DNA of 64,000 nt from Promethearchaeota archaeon (GCA_016840085.1 JAEOTA010000004.1:192001-256000), one strand, 5' to 3'; numbered from the stretch's first letter, positions 1 to 10,352 are shown. Notes: generated from the sequence alone by a model not told the origin. Program-made: numbers and translations.

Positions 1-1
1 A

Positions 2-115
2 ATTAATTCTAGTCAAAGAGGTAATCTATTAGTTAAAATTAAAATTAAAATTCCTAAAAAATTAAATAAGAACCAGAAAGAACTATTAGAAAGATTAAAA
101 GAATCTGGTTTATAA
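2..115 (+). CDS. C-terminal end of a DnaJ-type chaperone (partial, runs off window)
   Basis: Frame 2 reads INSSQRGNLLVKIKIKIPKKLNKNQKELLERLKESGL*, matching the DnaJ C-terminal GDL.V.I...P..L...QKELL pattern. Confidence 0.7.
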   Translation: MNSSQRGNLLVKIKIKIPKKLNKNQKELLERLKESGL

Positions 116-150
116 AAATGAGGGATATTTTGGAGGTTTAAAAGTTAGAA

Positions 151-1032
151 ATGATTGCAAATAGAAGTAAATATTCAAATCTTTGTTCAGAATGTGGAGG
201 TTCAATTCTTTTCATAGAAGAAAAAGGGGAAACCGTTTGTGGGCAATGTGGTTTAATTATAAATGATCGAATTGTAGATTTTTCTCATAGTGGAAAGAGG
301 GCATATACTAATCAAGAAAAAATTAATAGAGAGCAGACAGGATCCCCAATTTCAATTTTAATGCCCGATATGGGTTTAAGTACGGTAATAAACAAGGAAA
401 AAATTAATAATCCTGATTTAAAAAGAGCAGCTAAATGGAATACTAGAATAACCTGGAAAAAAAGGAATTTGTTAATTGCGTCTACCGAATTAAAAAGAAT
501 TGCCAGTAATTTAAACTTACCTAATCATATTAAAGAGGATGCTATGCGTCTTTATATAGAAGCATTTAAGAGAAAATTACTACGAGGACGTTCTATAAAT
601 GCTATGGTCGCAGCTTGTTTATATTTAGCTTGTAGAAGAGAAGAATTTCCGAGAACACTTCAAGAAATTTTAGATGAAGCTTCTGCTAGTGCTAAAGACG
701 TAAGAAGAAGTTTTAGTGTATTAATAAGAGAATTAAATTTAAAGACTAATTCCACTGATCCTATTTCTTTAATTCCAAGATATATTACTGAATTGGGATT
801 GGATGCTGAAATAGAAAGAATAACTATTAAAATTTTAAAAAGATATGGTTTGAAATATTCTATAAGTGGAAAAGATCCAAAAGGGTTATGTGCTGGAGCA
901 ATATATCTTGCATGCAAAATAAAAAGTTTGAGTCTTACTCAACAGCAAATTGCTAATTCAGTTGGAATTACTGAAGTTACACTTCGCTCTAGATATAAAG
1001 AATTGAAAACTAAACTAAATATAACTGTATAA
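151..1032 (+). CDS. tfb: Transcription initiation factor IIB (TFB)
   Basis: Zn ribbon CSECG..CGQCG, two cyclin repeats (RGRSINAMVAACLY, GKDPKGLCAGAIY), C-terminal TEVTLRSRYKEL. Confidence 0.95.
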   Translation: MIANRSKYSNLCSECGGSILFIEEKGETVCGQCGLIINDRIVDFSHSGKRAYTNQEKINREQTGSPISILMPDMGLSTVINKEKINNPDLKRAAKWNTRITWKKRNLLIASTELKRIASNLNLPNHIKEDAMRLYIEAFKRKLLRGRSINAMVAACLYLACRREEFPRTLQEILDEASASAKDVRRSFSVLIRELNLKTNSTDPISLIPRYITELGLDAEIERITIKILKRYGLKYSISGKDPKGLCAGAIYLACKIKSLSLTQQQIANSVGITEVTLRSRYKELKTKLNITV

Positions 1033-1067
1033 GTCATTTATAACTAATACTTAAAAAGCAACTACAC

Positions 1068-1092
1068 TTTTTTTTCATTATTTTTTTTTTTC
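1068..1092 (+). terminator. Oligo-T tract, probable archaeal intrinsic terminator for tfb
   Basis: T-runs (T8, T12) 35-60 nt after the stop codon. Confidence 0.45.
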
Positions 1093-1136
1093 AAGTTAAA
1101 CTGAATTCTTAAATTTTATTTATATCTGAAACATAA

Positions 1137-2460
1137 AGGTTATTTTTAATTTCCCTTCATGAAATTAAAATTGTATTCTATATTTAATTTCAGCTATGAA
1201 ATCGTAATAGAATATGGGTGTAACCCTACACCCTCTATCCCATCTGCCGATATGGCTTTTGGGACTGCTTTTTTAAGGATATTATATGCTCCATTCACAT
1301 CGGCATTGATAATGATCCCTTCTTGACTGCGAAATAACCCTCTACAAATACGCTTTCCCCGATATTCTACATGCCTTTTAATAGATTCATTATCTAAGAA
1401 ACTGCATCTCGAAGTGAAAGATTCTGTCTCTAAAATAACATCAATCCCGGCTAACTCTGATTTGTATTTAATTTGGGACACTAATTTGAAAAAGGGAATC
1501 TGGACAAAGTTCTGGTTATTACGCCTCCCAATTTTTATCTTGTATTTCCAAGTTTATTTATAACCGATGATTATTGTTCCAAAATCATGTTCAATGCAAT
1601 ATTCAATCACTTCTCTCGAAATTTTATGAAAAATATCATTTATTTTATTGTTTCGTTTTCTAGTAAGTTGTTGCATTCTTTTTGTTTTAGAACTAATCCC
1701 TTGCTTATCCTTTATACTTTTATATTTGGCAAGTTGTTTGTTGTAGAATTGATTAATAGATTTGACAATACCACCTTTAATAATAGCAGGTTGTAACCCC
1801 GCATTATTTACTATAGTTATGATATTGTTCAACCCTAAATCAATTCCAATAACTCTCTCTTTATCCAAATTCAAATCTTTTGCTTCTTTTTGATAAATAA
1901 TTTCTAATACATAATACAATCTTTTTGGAATAATTCTGACGTGGTGTAATTTACTTTTTATACGTGTTTTAATAGGGGGTAATTGAGTTTTTTTAGGAAA
2001 ATAAAGAAAACCTCCCTTGATCCTGCATTGTTGATTCGTGAAAACAACCATACAACCACCATCTTTCTTCTTATAACGTGGCGGTTTTGGAGTTCCTACA
2101 TATCTCTCCGGATGCTTTTTATGGGTTTTAAGAGACAGAAAAAATGATTTCCAATTTTTATCCACGATTTTTAAAGTTTGCTGAGCAGTCTGTGAAGGGA
2201 GTTTTTTATATGGTTCTTTCTCTTTTAGCATATACCATAAATCGTAATATCTCAACCAATTTCCTAAATAAAAATATTCTTGTCTCACACAAAAGTTAGC
2301 AAAATTGTAGAGATTTTTTGATAAATGACATAAATAAGATAATTGTGCAGTGTTCTTTAATTGAATTTGTTCTGTCAGTCTCATTCCCATAATATTGAAG
2401 GAGAGTATCAGATTTAAAAGAAAAGAGACTGAAGATTTATATTTGATAAAAGAAAATTAA
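1137..2460 (-). mobile_element. IS200/IS605-family tnpB-only (IS1341-like) element, copy 1
   Basis: Homology with copy 2 extends ~70 nt upstream and ~55 nt downstream of the ORF; right-end hairpin TTTTAATTTC..GAAATTAAAA followed by ATAAC; no tnpA. Confidence 0.8.
1194..2390 (-). pseudogene. tnpB: TnpB RNA-guided nuclease with one in-frame TAA
   Basis: ORFs 1554-2390 and 1194-1481 lie in one frame: GYK*TWKYKIKIGRRNNQNFVQIP versus GYNKTWKHK in the intact copy. Confidence 0.9.
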
Positions 2461-2530
2461 AAATAAAAGGAAATTAAAAATACTCCTTAGTTATAAAAAT
2501 TAACATATTAAAAAGTAGTAGACGATTAAA

Positions 2531-3511
2531 TTGGTATCATATAAAGAATTAGGGTTATCTAGTACAAAAAAGATGTTTGAAGTCGCTTTAGAAAGGAAAT
2601 TTGCAGTTCCGGGATATAATTTTAGCAATTTAGAGCAATTACAAGCGATAGTTATTGGATGTGGAGAAGTTAATTCTCCAGTCATTCTTCAAAATAGCCC
2701 ATCAGCTCGAAAATATGCAAATCAAACTATAGTTCGATACTTAGCACAAGGAGTGGTTGAGATGGCAAGAAATCAAAACTATGATATACCAATTGCTTTA
2801 CATTTAGATCATGGGAATTCATTTGAATTAGCTAAATCATGCATTGATACTGGTTTTTCCAGTGTTATGTTTGATGGAAGTCATATGAAATATGAAGAAA
2901 ATATAGAAATTACCAAAAAAATTGTGGAATATGCTCATGAAAGAGATGTTAGTGTAGAAGCAGAATTAGGTGTAATTGCTGGTATCGAAGGACATGTAAA
3001 AGCAGATAAACATTTCTATACGGATCCAGATCAAGTAGAAGATTTTGTAAATAGAACTAGTTGCGATTCATTAGCTATCGCTATTGGAACATCCCATGGC
3101 GCATATAAATTTAAAGTAGAAAAAGAAGAAGATATACCTGAATTACGATTTGATATTCTTCAAGAAGTAAGAAAGCGATTAGGTAAATTTCCAATTGTCT
3201 TACACGGTTCATCTTCTATACCCCAAAAATATGTGAATATAATAAATCAATATGGGGGTACAGTAGCTAAAGCTTTTGGAATTCCAGAAACTCAATTAAA
3301 AAAAGCAACCCAATATGGTGTGTGTAAAATTAATATAGCAACTGATTTTAGATTAATCTTTACTGCAATGATACGAAAATTCTTATCAGAACATTCAGAT
3401 CAAATTGGACCAAGACAATATTTAGGTTTAGCTCGTCAAGAGTCGATCGAGATGATAAAAGAAAGAAATTTAAAAGTTTTAGGTTCTGCTGGTCAAGCGA
3501 AATATATTTAG
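2531..3511 (+). CDS. fba: Class II fructose-bisphosphate aldolase
   Basis: LHLDHG, SVMFDGS, VEAELG, AIGTSHGAYK, VLHGSS and KINIATD motifs. Confidence 0.95.
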   Translation: MVSYKELGLSSTKKMFEVALERKFAVPGYNFSNLEQLQAIVIGCGEVNSPVILQNSPSARKYANQTIVRYLAQGVVEMARNQNYDIPIALHLDHGNSFELAKSCIDTGFSSVMFDGSHMKYEENIEITKKIVEYAHERDVSVEAELGVIAGIEGHVKADKHFYTDPDQVEDFVNRTSCDSLAIAIGTSHGAYKFKVEKEEDIPELRFDILQEVRKRLGKFPIVLHGSSSIPQKYVNIINQYGGTVAKAFGIPETQLKKATQYGVCKINIATDFRLIFTAMIRKFLSEHSDQIGPRQYLGLARQESIEMIKERNLKVLGSAGQAKYI

Positions 3512-3713
3512 TATTATTTTCAAAATTAAATTAAGCCTATCTCTTCAGGTGTGAGATTGCGAAGTCTTATATACTCCCCAGATTGTAACTTTTGAAAAAA
3601 TATAATAGTTCAATATCATATGCATGTGGCGTAAAAAGCATACTAGTAATAGGATTTTTAGAACTTTTCATTACTCTTTATCCTTTAATGAGTTTAAAAG
3701 TATGAATGGGATT

Positions 3714-3983
3714 TTAACCTTTTTCAATTACTATCCCTGTTCCTCCTTCAGGATATTGGAATTGAATTGCCCCAGTATCACAAACTTGATAACAAGCTGC
3801 ACATTCTAAACATTTAGACTGGTAATCATCTACAATCCGAATTATTCCATCTTTTTTTCGCCATAAATTCATTATGCATATAATTAAACAACGTTCACAG
3901 TTATTGCATTTATTATAATCTATTGATATAAAGTCTCCTGTACCGGGTATTCGTTTAGTTAGCCCGTCTAATTCAATATTCAA
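3714..3983 (-). CDS. Ferredoxin, FixX-like
   Basis: CxxCxxCxxxC twice; C-terminal YPEGGTG; directly downstream of a FixC-like gene. Confidence 0.8.
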   Translation of the reverse strand: MNIELDGLTKRIPGTGDFISIDYNKCNNCERCLIICIMNLWRKKDGIIRIVDDYQSKCLECAACYQVCDTGAIQFQYPEGGTGIVIEKG

Positions 3984-3985
3984 TT

Positions 3986-5389
3986 TTATTTAACACCTCT
4001 TTTCTTTTTTTTCTGCGGTAACATATCTAAAAGTTTAGGTAGAACTCTCATAATCTTCTTTGGATCCATTATCTTATCTACATCATCTTCAAAAATCTTA
4101 GCAACCAGAGGAAATACATATGCCATTATAAATGGTGTTGCTTTTGGCATATATGATTTAACATGACTCACAATTTGTCGTATACGTTTTGCGTGGGGTT
4201 GGGACCAATCAAAAATTCCACCAAGAATTTCCATAATCATTGGAACAAACCATGACATAGTTTCTTTTGGACTGAATGGTAAGGCTTTCCAAATAGTCCA
4301 TAACTCTTTCCCTGCTTCAAATTCTTCTCCTATACTTGTTTTTTGCCATTCTTCATCAAACTTTTTTAATGCCATTTTAGAAACATCACCAGAAGAAATC
4401 GTTTCGGCAGCTATTTCTGCAGCAATTTTTCCAGTTACCATCGCAGGATAAATTCCTTCCGCCTCAAGAGGACATGGAAAACCACCAGCATCTCCAATCA
4501 ATATTACCCCATTAGTATGAGTATTATGAGGATAATCTAACCAAGGTAGTAAGTGAGCTTGCAGTTCACGTGGTCTAGCTTCGAGGATTTTTAACAATCT
4601 TTGATAATATTTTAGATTAATGACACGATTTAAATAATACAATGGATTGTTATCCCACCAATTCATCCAGTTTCCCAATCCTTGATGAAAACCATCATTA
4701 AAAAAGACTTGATATGAAGCTGGAAAATTTGACCCCCACCAAACTGCTAATGTTTCATCACCCATAATATCATCGATTTTATCCGAAGATGCGTGAAAAT
4801 CGTACTGTAGTGTTAATGTAATTTGTTTTTGAGCCCATTTATTTCTTAATCCAGATTTCTGTGCTACAATTGATATGGCTCCATCTGCGCCAATAACAAG
4901 TGGTGCTCTATATTTTTCACCTTTTTCATCAATTACACCACATACTTTTCCCTCATCTTTTATTAGATCAATAACCAGAGTTGATGTCTTTAATTCAGCG
5001 CCAACATCAGTCGCAAATTTAGCAATCCATGGATCAAACTCACTACGATAAACATTCATAGTAATCCAACTTTTTGCGGGTTCATATGAAACAGATTCAG
5101 TCGGACGGGCCATTATATAACCCGCTACTATATCATCTTTATTAACAAAATAGTTACGGGCCGCAGTACCTGCTCTCATTGAGGGACATTTTTCTGGAGT
5201 TAGTTCTTTCATCATCTCAGGAAAATCTCTGAACATTCTTGGTCCTAATCCACAACCAGAAGAATTTTTTTCACCAGGTTTCCGACCGCGCTCAAAAAAA
5301 ATTGTTTTAAGACCTTTTTCTGCAGCGGTTTTAGCAGCAACAGAGCCTCCAGGGCCAGCGCCAACTATGATTATATCATAAGTTTTCAT
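3986..5389 (-). CDS. FAD-dependent oxidoreductase, FixC/geranylgeranyl reductase family
   Basis: GAGPGG Rossmann motif, R..FD.W, GADG, LIGDAGG..P...EGI..AM..G. Confidence 0.85.
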   Translation of the reverse strand: MKTYDIIIVGAGPGGSVAAKTAAEKGLKTIFFERGRKPGEKNSSGCGLGPRMFRDFPEMMKELTPEKCPSMRAGTAARNYFVNKDDIVAGYIMARPTESVSYEPAKSWITMNVYRSEFDPWIAKFATDVGAELKTSTLVIDLIKDEGKVCGVIDEKGEKYRAPLVIGADGAISIVAQKSGLRNKWAQKQITLTLQYDFHASSDKIDDIMGDETLAVWWGSNFPASYQVFFNDGFHQGLGNWMNWWDNNPLYYLNRVINLKYYQRLLKILEARPRELQAHLLPWLDYPHNTHTNGVILIGDAGGFPCPLEAEGIYPAMVTGKIAAEIAAETISSGDVSKMALKKFDEEWQKTSIGEEFEAGKELWTIWKALPFSPKETMSWFVPMIMEILGGIFDWSQPHAKRIRQIVSHVKSYMPKATPFIMAYVFPLVAKIFEDDVDKIMDPKKIMRVLPKLLDMLPQKKKKRGVK

Positions 5390-5448
5390 TTGAATTTCCT
5401 ATTTTATTTCTTTTTGAAAAATATATTTGTTTTATATTTTTTGTATTA

Positions 5449-6772
5449 TTAATGTTCTTTTATCCAATATAAATCTTCAGTCTCTTTTCTTTTAAATTTG
5501 ATACTCTCCTTAAATCTTATTGGAATGAGGCTGACAGAACAGATTCAATTAAAAAACACTACACAATTATCTTATCTGTGTCATTTATCTAAAAATCTCT
5601 ATAATCTTGCCAATTATTATGTGAGACAAGAATATTTTTATTTAGGAAATTGGTTGAGATATTACGATTTATGGTATATGCTAAAAGAAAAAGAACCATA
5701 TAAAAAGCTCCCTTCACAAACTGCTCAGCAAACTTTAAAACTCTTGGATAAAAATTGGAAATCATTTTTTCAATCTCTTAAAACCTATAAAAAGCATCCA
5801 GAGAGGTATTTAGGAGCTCCAAAACTACCGCGGTATAAAAAGAAAGATGGTGAGTGTTTGATTGTTTTTACGAATCAGCAATGCAGGATCAATGGTAGTT
5901 TTCTTTTTTTCCCGAAAAAAACTCAATTACCTCCTGTTAAAACACGTATAAAATTTAAATTACACCAAGTCAGAATTATTCCGAAAGGATTGTGTTATAT
6001 TTTAGAAATAATTTACCAAAAAGATGTAAATAATTTAAATTTGGATAAAGAAAGAGTCATTGGAATTGATTTGGGGTTGGACAATATCATAACTATGGTA
6101 AATAATGCTAGGCTTCAACCTGCTATTATTAAAGGTGGTATTGTTAAATCTATTAATCAATTCTATAATAAACAACTTGCCAGATATAAAAGCATAAAGG
6201 ATAAGCAAGGGATTGGGTCTAAAACAAAAAGAATGCAAAGACTAATCCAGAAAAGAAACAACAAAATAAATGATATCTTCCATAAAATTTCGAGAGCAGT
6301 GATTAATTATTGTATTAACCACGATTTTGGAACGATAATCATTGGGTATAACAAAACTTGGAAACATAAAATAAAAATTGGAAAGCGTAATAACCAGAAC
6401 TTTGTCCAAATTCCTTTTTCCAAATTAGTATCCCAAATTAAATATAAATCACAGTTAATCGGGATTGATGTTATTTTAGAGACGGAACATTTCACTTCGA
6501 GATGTAGTTTTTTAGATAATGAATCAATTGAAAAACATGAAACATATCAGGGAAAGCGTATTTGCAGAGGTTTATATTACAGTCAACAAGGGATCATTAT
6601 CAATGCGGATGTGAACGGAGCATATAATATCTTAAAAAAAGCAATCCCAAAAGTCATATCGGTAGATGGGATAGAGGGTGTAGGGTTACACCCATATTCT
6701 ATTAAGATTTCGTAGCTGTAATCAGATATAGAATACAATTTTAATTTCGTGAAGATAAATTAAAAATAACCT
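5449..6772 (+). mobile_element. IS200/IS605-family tnpB-only element, copy 2
   Basis: Inverted homolog of 1137-2460; right-end hairpin at 6739-6765, then AATAAC. Confidence 0.8.
5525..6715 (+). CDS. tnpB: TnpB RNA-guided endonuclease (intact; likely start ATG at 5525)
   Basis: RuvC-I GIDLG, alternative Glu in ETEHFTSRC, RuvC-III INADVNGAYNI. Confidence 0.92.
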   Translation: MRLTEQIQLKNTTQLSYLCHLSKNLYNLANYYVRQEYFYLGNWLRYYDLWYMLKEKEPYKKLPSQTAQQTLKLLDKNWKSFFQSLKTYKKHPERYLGAPKLPRYKKKDGECLIVFTNQQCRINGSFLFFPKKTQLPPVKTRIKFKLHQVRIIPKGLCYILEIIYQKDVNNLNLDKERVIGIDLGLDNIITMVNNARLQPAIIKGGIVKSINQFYNKQLARYKSIKDKQGIGSKTKRMQRLIQKRNNKINDIFHKISRAVINYCINHDFGTIIIGYNKTWKHKIKIGKRNNQNFVQIPFSKLVSQIKYKSQLIGIDVILETEHFTSRCSFLDNESIEKHETYQGKRICRGLYYSQQGIIINADVNGAYNILKKAIPKVISVDGIEGVGLHPYSIKIS

Positions 6773-6790
6773 AATACTTATCATTTATAA
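6620..6790 (+). ncRNA. Putative omegaRNA (reRNA) overlapping the tnpB 3' end; boundaries approximate
   Basis: Hairpins GGGTGTA-GGGT-TACACCC (6676-6693) and 6739-6765 are conserved in both copies; TnpB guide RNAs are known to derive from the right end. Confidence 0.55.
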
Positions 6791-6874
6791 AAAATTTAGT
6801 TTTTTCAACACCAAACACCTTAATAGATAGTAATATTTTAAGAAGAAAGCACCTGTTATTCATATAAATTAACT

Positions 6875-8338
6875 ATGACTAAAGAGCAGATATATCAAAA
6901 ACTAGTTAGAATCTGTGGTTCTAAAAATATTTCAGACAGTCCTACAATTATTAAGGATTATTCAAAAGATCTAAGCTTTTTTCCCGAGAAATCACCTTTA
7001 TATGTTATCAGGCTTAAAAATAGAGATAAAATTCAAAAGGTTTTGAAATTAGCTAACTCTTTAAATTTTTCTGTTATTTCTGTAAGTTCTAATTCGGGTC
7101 CTCGGCACCATGGAGATACAATCCCTCGAAATGATAATTGTATTATAATGAATCTTTCTAAATTAAGAAAAATTCGTAATATTGACAAGAAAAATAGAGT
7201 AATTATGGTGGAACCTGGAGTGACATTTGGTGAATTAATTCCTAATCTCCAGAAAAAGGGATTAAGATTAATGATTCCTCTACACCCTAGGGCATCAAAA
7301 TCTGTTCTTACAGCAGCTCTTGAAAGAGTGCCTATTACTATACCTCGTTATATGTGGGATAGCTCTGATCCTTTATTATGTACTGAAGTTTTTTTTGGAA
7401 ATAGCGAAAGGTTTAGAACGGGGACTGCTGCAGGTCCTGGAAGTATAAAGCAACAGAAAAAATCAGGGCAAGCTCAAATAAATCCTATGGGCCCCACCCA
7501 ATTTAGTCCTTTTAGGGTGATACAAGGAGCTCAGGGAAGTATAGGGATTGTAACATGGGCTACATTAAAATTAGAATTGCTTCCTTCGATTCAAGAAGTA
7601 TTTCATATCTATTCAGATAATATTCAAGAGTTATTGGACCTTCAATATGAATTATTAAAATATCGTTTATGTGATGAATTACTAATTCTAAATAATTTAA
7701 ATTTAGCTTGCTTAGTTAAACAAGAATCAAGTGATATCATACAATTAACTAATAATTTACCTAAATGGAATTTAATTTATGTATTATCAGGAAGGAGTAA
7801 ATTTGCGAAAGACAAAATATCATATTTAAAAGAAGATATTAGCGATATAATGAAAGAAAAGAATTTATTACATCTAAAAAGAGCTAATATCATTAATAAT
7901 GATACTATTTTAAATTTTCTAACTCAAGCTGATATGAATCCTTGGAAGTTAAGATTAACTGGAGGATATCAAGATATATTCTTTATAACTAACTTTGAAA
8001 AAATTCCAGAATTTATCTCAATTATAGAAAAACTAATCCCCCTTAATTTAGGAGTATATATCCAAGCAATCAATCAAGGAACTTCATATCACTGTGAATT
8101 TGATATTTTTTATAATCCTTTTGATAAACAAGAAACTATGAGTGTTAAAGAGAAATTCTTAGAAGCTAGTATTAAATTAATGGATTCTGGTGCTTTTTTT
8201 AATAGACCCTATGGTATTTGGGCAAAAGAAGTCTTTAAAAGACATCAAGATTCAACACAAATAGCTCTGAAAAAAGTAAAAAGGATTTTTGACCCTAATA
8301 ATGTATTAAATCCCGGAGTTTTATGTTTTGACAATTAA
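6875..8338 (+). CDS. FAD-binding oxidoreductase (VAO/PCMH, GlcD/D-lactate dehydrogenase-like)
   Basis: VEPGVT, GAQGSIGIVT, C-terminal KVKRIFDPNNVLNPG. Confidence 0.85.
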   Translation: MTKEQIYQKLVRICGSKNISDSPTIIKDYSKDLSFFPEKSPLYVIRLKNRDKIQKVLKLANSLNFSVISVSSNSGPRHHGDTIPRNDNCIIMNLSKLRKIRNIDKKNRVIMVEPGVTFGELIPNLQKKGLRLMIPLHPRASKSVLTAALERVPITIPRYMWDSSDPLLCTEVFFGNSERFRTGTAAGPGSIKQQKKSGQAQINPMGPTQFSPFRVIQGAQGSIGIVTWATLKLELLPSIQEVFHIYSDNIQELLDLQYELLKYRLCDELLILNNLNLACLVKQESSDIIQLTNNLPKWNLIYVLSGRSKFAKDKISYLKEDISDIMKEKNLLHLKRANIINNDTILNFLTQADMNPWKLRLTGGYQDIFFITNFEKIPEFISIIEKLIPLNLGVYIQAINQGTSYHCEFDIFYNPFDKQETMSVKEKFLEASIKLMDSGAFFNRPYGIWAKEVFKRHQDSTQIALKKVKRIFDPNNVLNPGVLCFDN

Positions 8339-8357
8339 TATAATTCTTAAAAGATAC

Positions 8358-8378
8358 AATTTTATTCTATTAAAAATT
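8358..8378 (+). repeat. Direct repeat, left (attL-like)
   Basis: Exact 21-nt match to 11119-11139. Confidence 0.7.
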
Positions 8379-8421
8379 TAGGAAACATAATTTTTATAAA
8401 TTTGGATAAATTATATTAATT

Positions 8422-9189
8422 ATGGAACCTCAAAAATTAATTTCCTTAACCAAATCATTACTTAAGGAAATCAGGAACAATGATAACAATATCAGAGAAT
8501 ATTATTTAACAAAAATTAAACATCGAAAGATTAAAACTCAAGTCCATTATTTAATTTGTTTAAAACATCTATTCGATATAACAGGTAAAACAAGTGAAAA
8601 ATTATTAGAAAAAGAAGATATATTAAAAATTTGGGAAAGTGAGTGGTATAATTCTTTAGCAGAATCATCAAAAGTAATATATCTTTTCAGATTCAAAGAT
8701 TATTTGAAATTTTCTAAGAGAAAAGATTTAATAGAATATTTTCCCCAGAAACTAAAATTAGAAGAAAGATACATAAATAAGAATGAATTAGTTTCAAGAG
8801 ATAATTTAAATCTTCTACTTGAAAATACATCACCCAAATTAAAAGCTTTAATAATTGTTTTATATGAAGGAGCATTGAGAAAAGGTGAATTATTAAATAT
8901 TCGTTTACGCGATATAGTATTTTCCGATGATTTAGTTGAAATTGAAATCAGAAAATCCAAAACAAAGAAAAGAAGAATAACATTAATAGAATAAGTTCCA
9001 TATCTTAGAGAATGGATAAGAAACAAAGGAATTAGAGAAAACGACTATATTTTTCAATACCAAAACGAATCAGGTTTAAATGCCACTTTTAATCAAATAA
9101 ATAAATATATGAAAAGAAAATATCCAAAAAAATGGAAACTCGAAAAACTTTATCCACATTTATTTAGACATTCAAGATTAACGTGTTAA
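8422..9189 (+). pseudogene. Tyrosine recombinase/integrase, nonsense-interrupted and C-terminally truncated
   Basis: LYEGALRKGELL (catalytic Arg), KSKT; TAA at 8992 then VPYLREW...YPHLFRHSRLTC*; no catalytic Tyr region. Confidence 0.85.
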
Positions 9190-9343
9190 TGATCAGTATG
9201 TTGGAGCATTCTGGGAAGAATTATGTGAAAATGAGGGGACAATTCGTTCAGCAACAATAGCTTTATGTAATGACTATGGTCATAATTGGAATCTTGGTGA
9301 TGAATGGAAAATTATGGGAGACCAATATGCTACACTTCTATAA
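9185..9343 (+). pseudogene. Start-less C-terminal fragment of an unrelated gene joined at the integrase truncation point
   Basis: Open frame VNDQYVGAFWEELCENEGTIRSATIALCNDYGHNWNLGDEWKIMGDQYATLL*. Confidence 0.45.
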
Positions 9344-9424
9344 ACAATATAATAGATGAAAAACCAACATAAATAAATCCTTTTTTTTTATAAAAATATT
9401 TAATACAATAAATTTACTCAAAAA

Positions 9425-10156
9425 ATGAATGATTCAAAGAAATTAAGACCGAAATTTATAGCTTTAATAGAAAAGTTAACTTTTTGGATATGTTCAGTAA
9501 TATCATGTCTCCCATTAGTAGTGGGAATTCTTGTTCCAATGGTAATTATGATTCCATTAGCTTATATTTCATGGTATATCTTTTCTTTTTGGACAGGAGG
9601 CTATTGGTTTGATGTCTGGATTTCAGTTTCTCCAGATTATCCAATTAGGTTTTTATTAGTGATTATTATTGAAATTTCAATTTTTATTGGAGGATCTTTA
9701 CTGTTTATAACAGGGTTGTATCATCTTGTTAAAGGTAAAAAAAGTGGACAAAATATTATTCAGACAGGTCCATATAGACTAATTCGGCATCCTCAAAATT
9801 TTGGTATACTTTTAATCGCTTTACCCTTTGCTCTTTATATTCCTGGACTCAATGATTTAGGAATTCGAATAGGTGAAATATTATCATGGACCTTATTCGG
9901 TCTAATTTTAATTATCTATTCTGACATTGAAGAGTACAAACTAAGTAAGAAATTTCCTGAAGAATTTAGTAATTATCAGGTAAAAACTGGTTTTTTTTAT
10001 CCAAAACTAAATTTTCGAAAAAGTAAGAATGATAAACCAATCTATTATCGTAAAAGGTATTTATTTTTATTACTTGGTTATATACTACTGGTTTTTACAG
10101 TCTTTATTTTAACTAACTTTTTAACGACTTTAGGTATATTTATTATTTATTTATAA
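9425..10156 (+). CDS. Isoprenylcysteine carboxyl methyltransferase (ICMT/Ste14/PEMT)-family membrane protein
   Basis: TM helices, TGPYRLIRHPQNFG, EE..L..KF.EEF..Y. Confidence 0.8.
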   Translation: MNDSKKLRPKFIALIEKLTFWICSVISCLPLVVGILVPMVIMIPLAYISWYIFSFWTGGYWFDVWISVSPDYPIRFLLVIIIEISIFIGGSLLFITGLYHLVKGKKSGQNIIQTGPYRLIRHPQNFGILLIALPFALYIPGLNDLGIRIGEILSWTLFGLILIIYSDIEEYKLSKKFPEEFSNYQVKTGFFYPKLNFRKSKNDKPIYYRKRYLFLLLGYILLVFTVFILTNFLTTLGIFIIYL

Positions 10157-10352
10157 TAGTACAATTTTTTCCGGTTCAAGATAAAAATTTAAAAATAAAA
10201 AATTTATAAATTTAGAGTTTCTAAGGAGACAAAAGAAAGAATTAAAAAAAAAGCAGATAAAATAATGATTTTTTTTAATTTTTTTCTGGAGATAATAAAT
10301 GTTATTAATAAATGTTATAACTCTACAAAGAAAAAAATTTGAAAAAATTATT

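Noticed and set aside
1554-8994. In-frame stops in tnpB and the integrase as recoding (Sec/Pyl/readthrough)
   Set aside because: Both are TAA, at Lys and Ser positions one substitution away, and TAA ends most genes here.
9425-10156. ICMT-like enzyme as a modifier of the Rab-like GTPase
   Set aside because: The GTPase has no C-terminal Cys; the ICMT family is widespread in prokaryotes and this gene lies in an islet.
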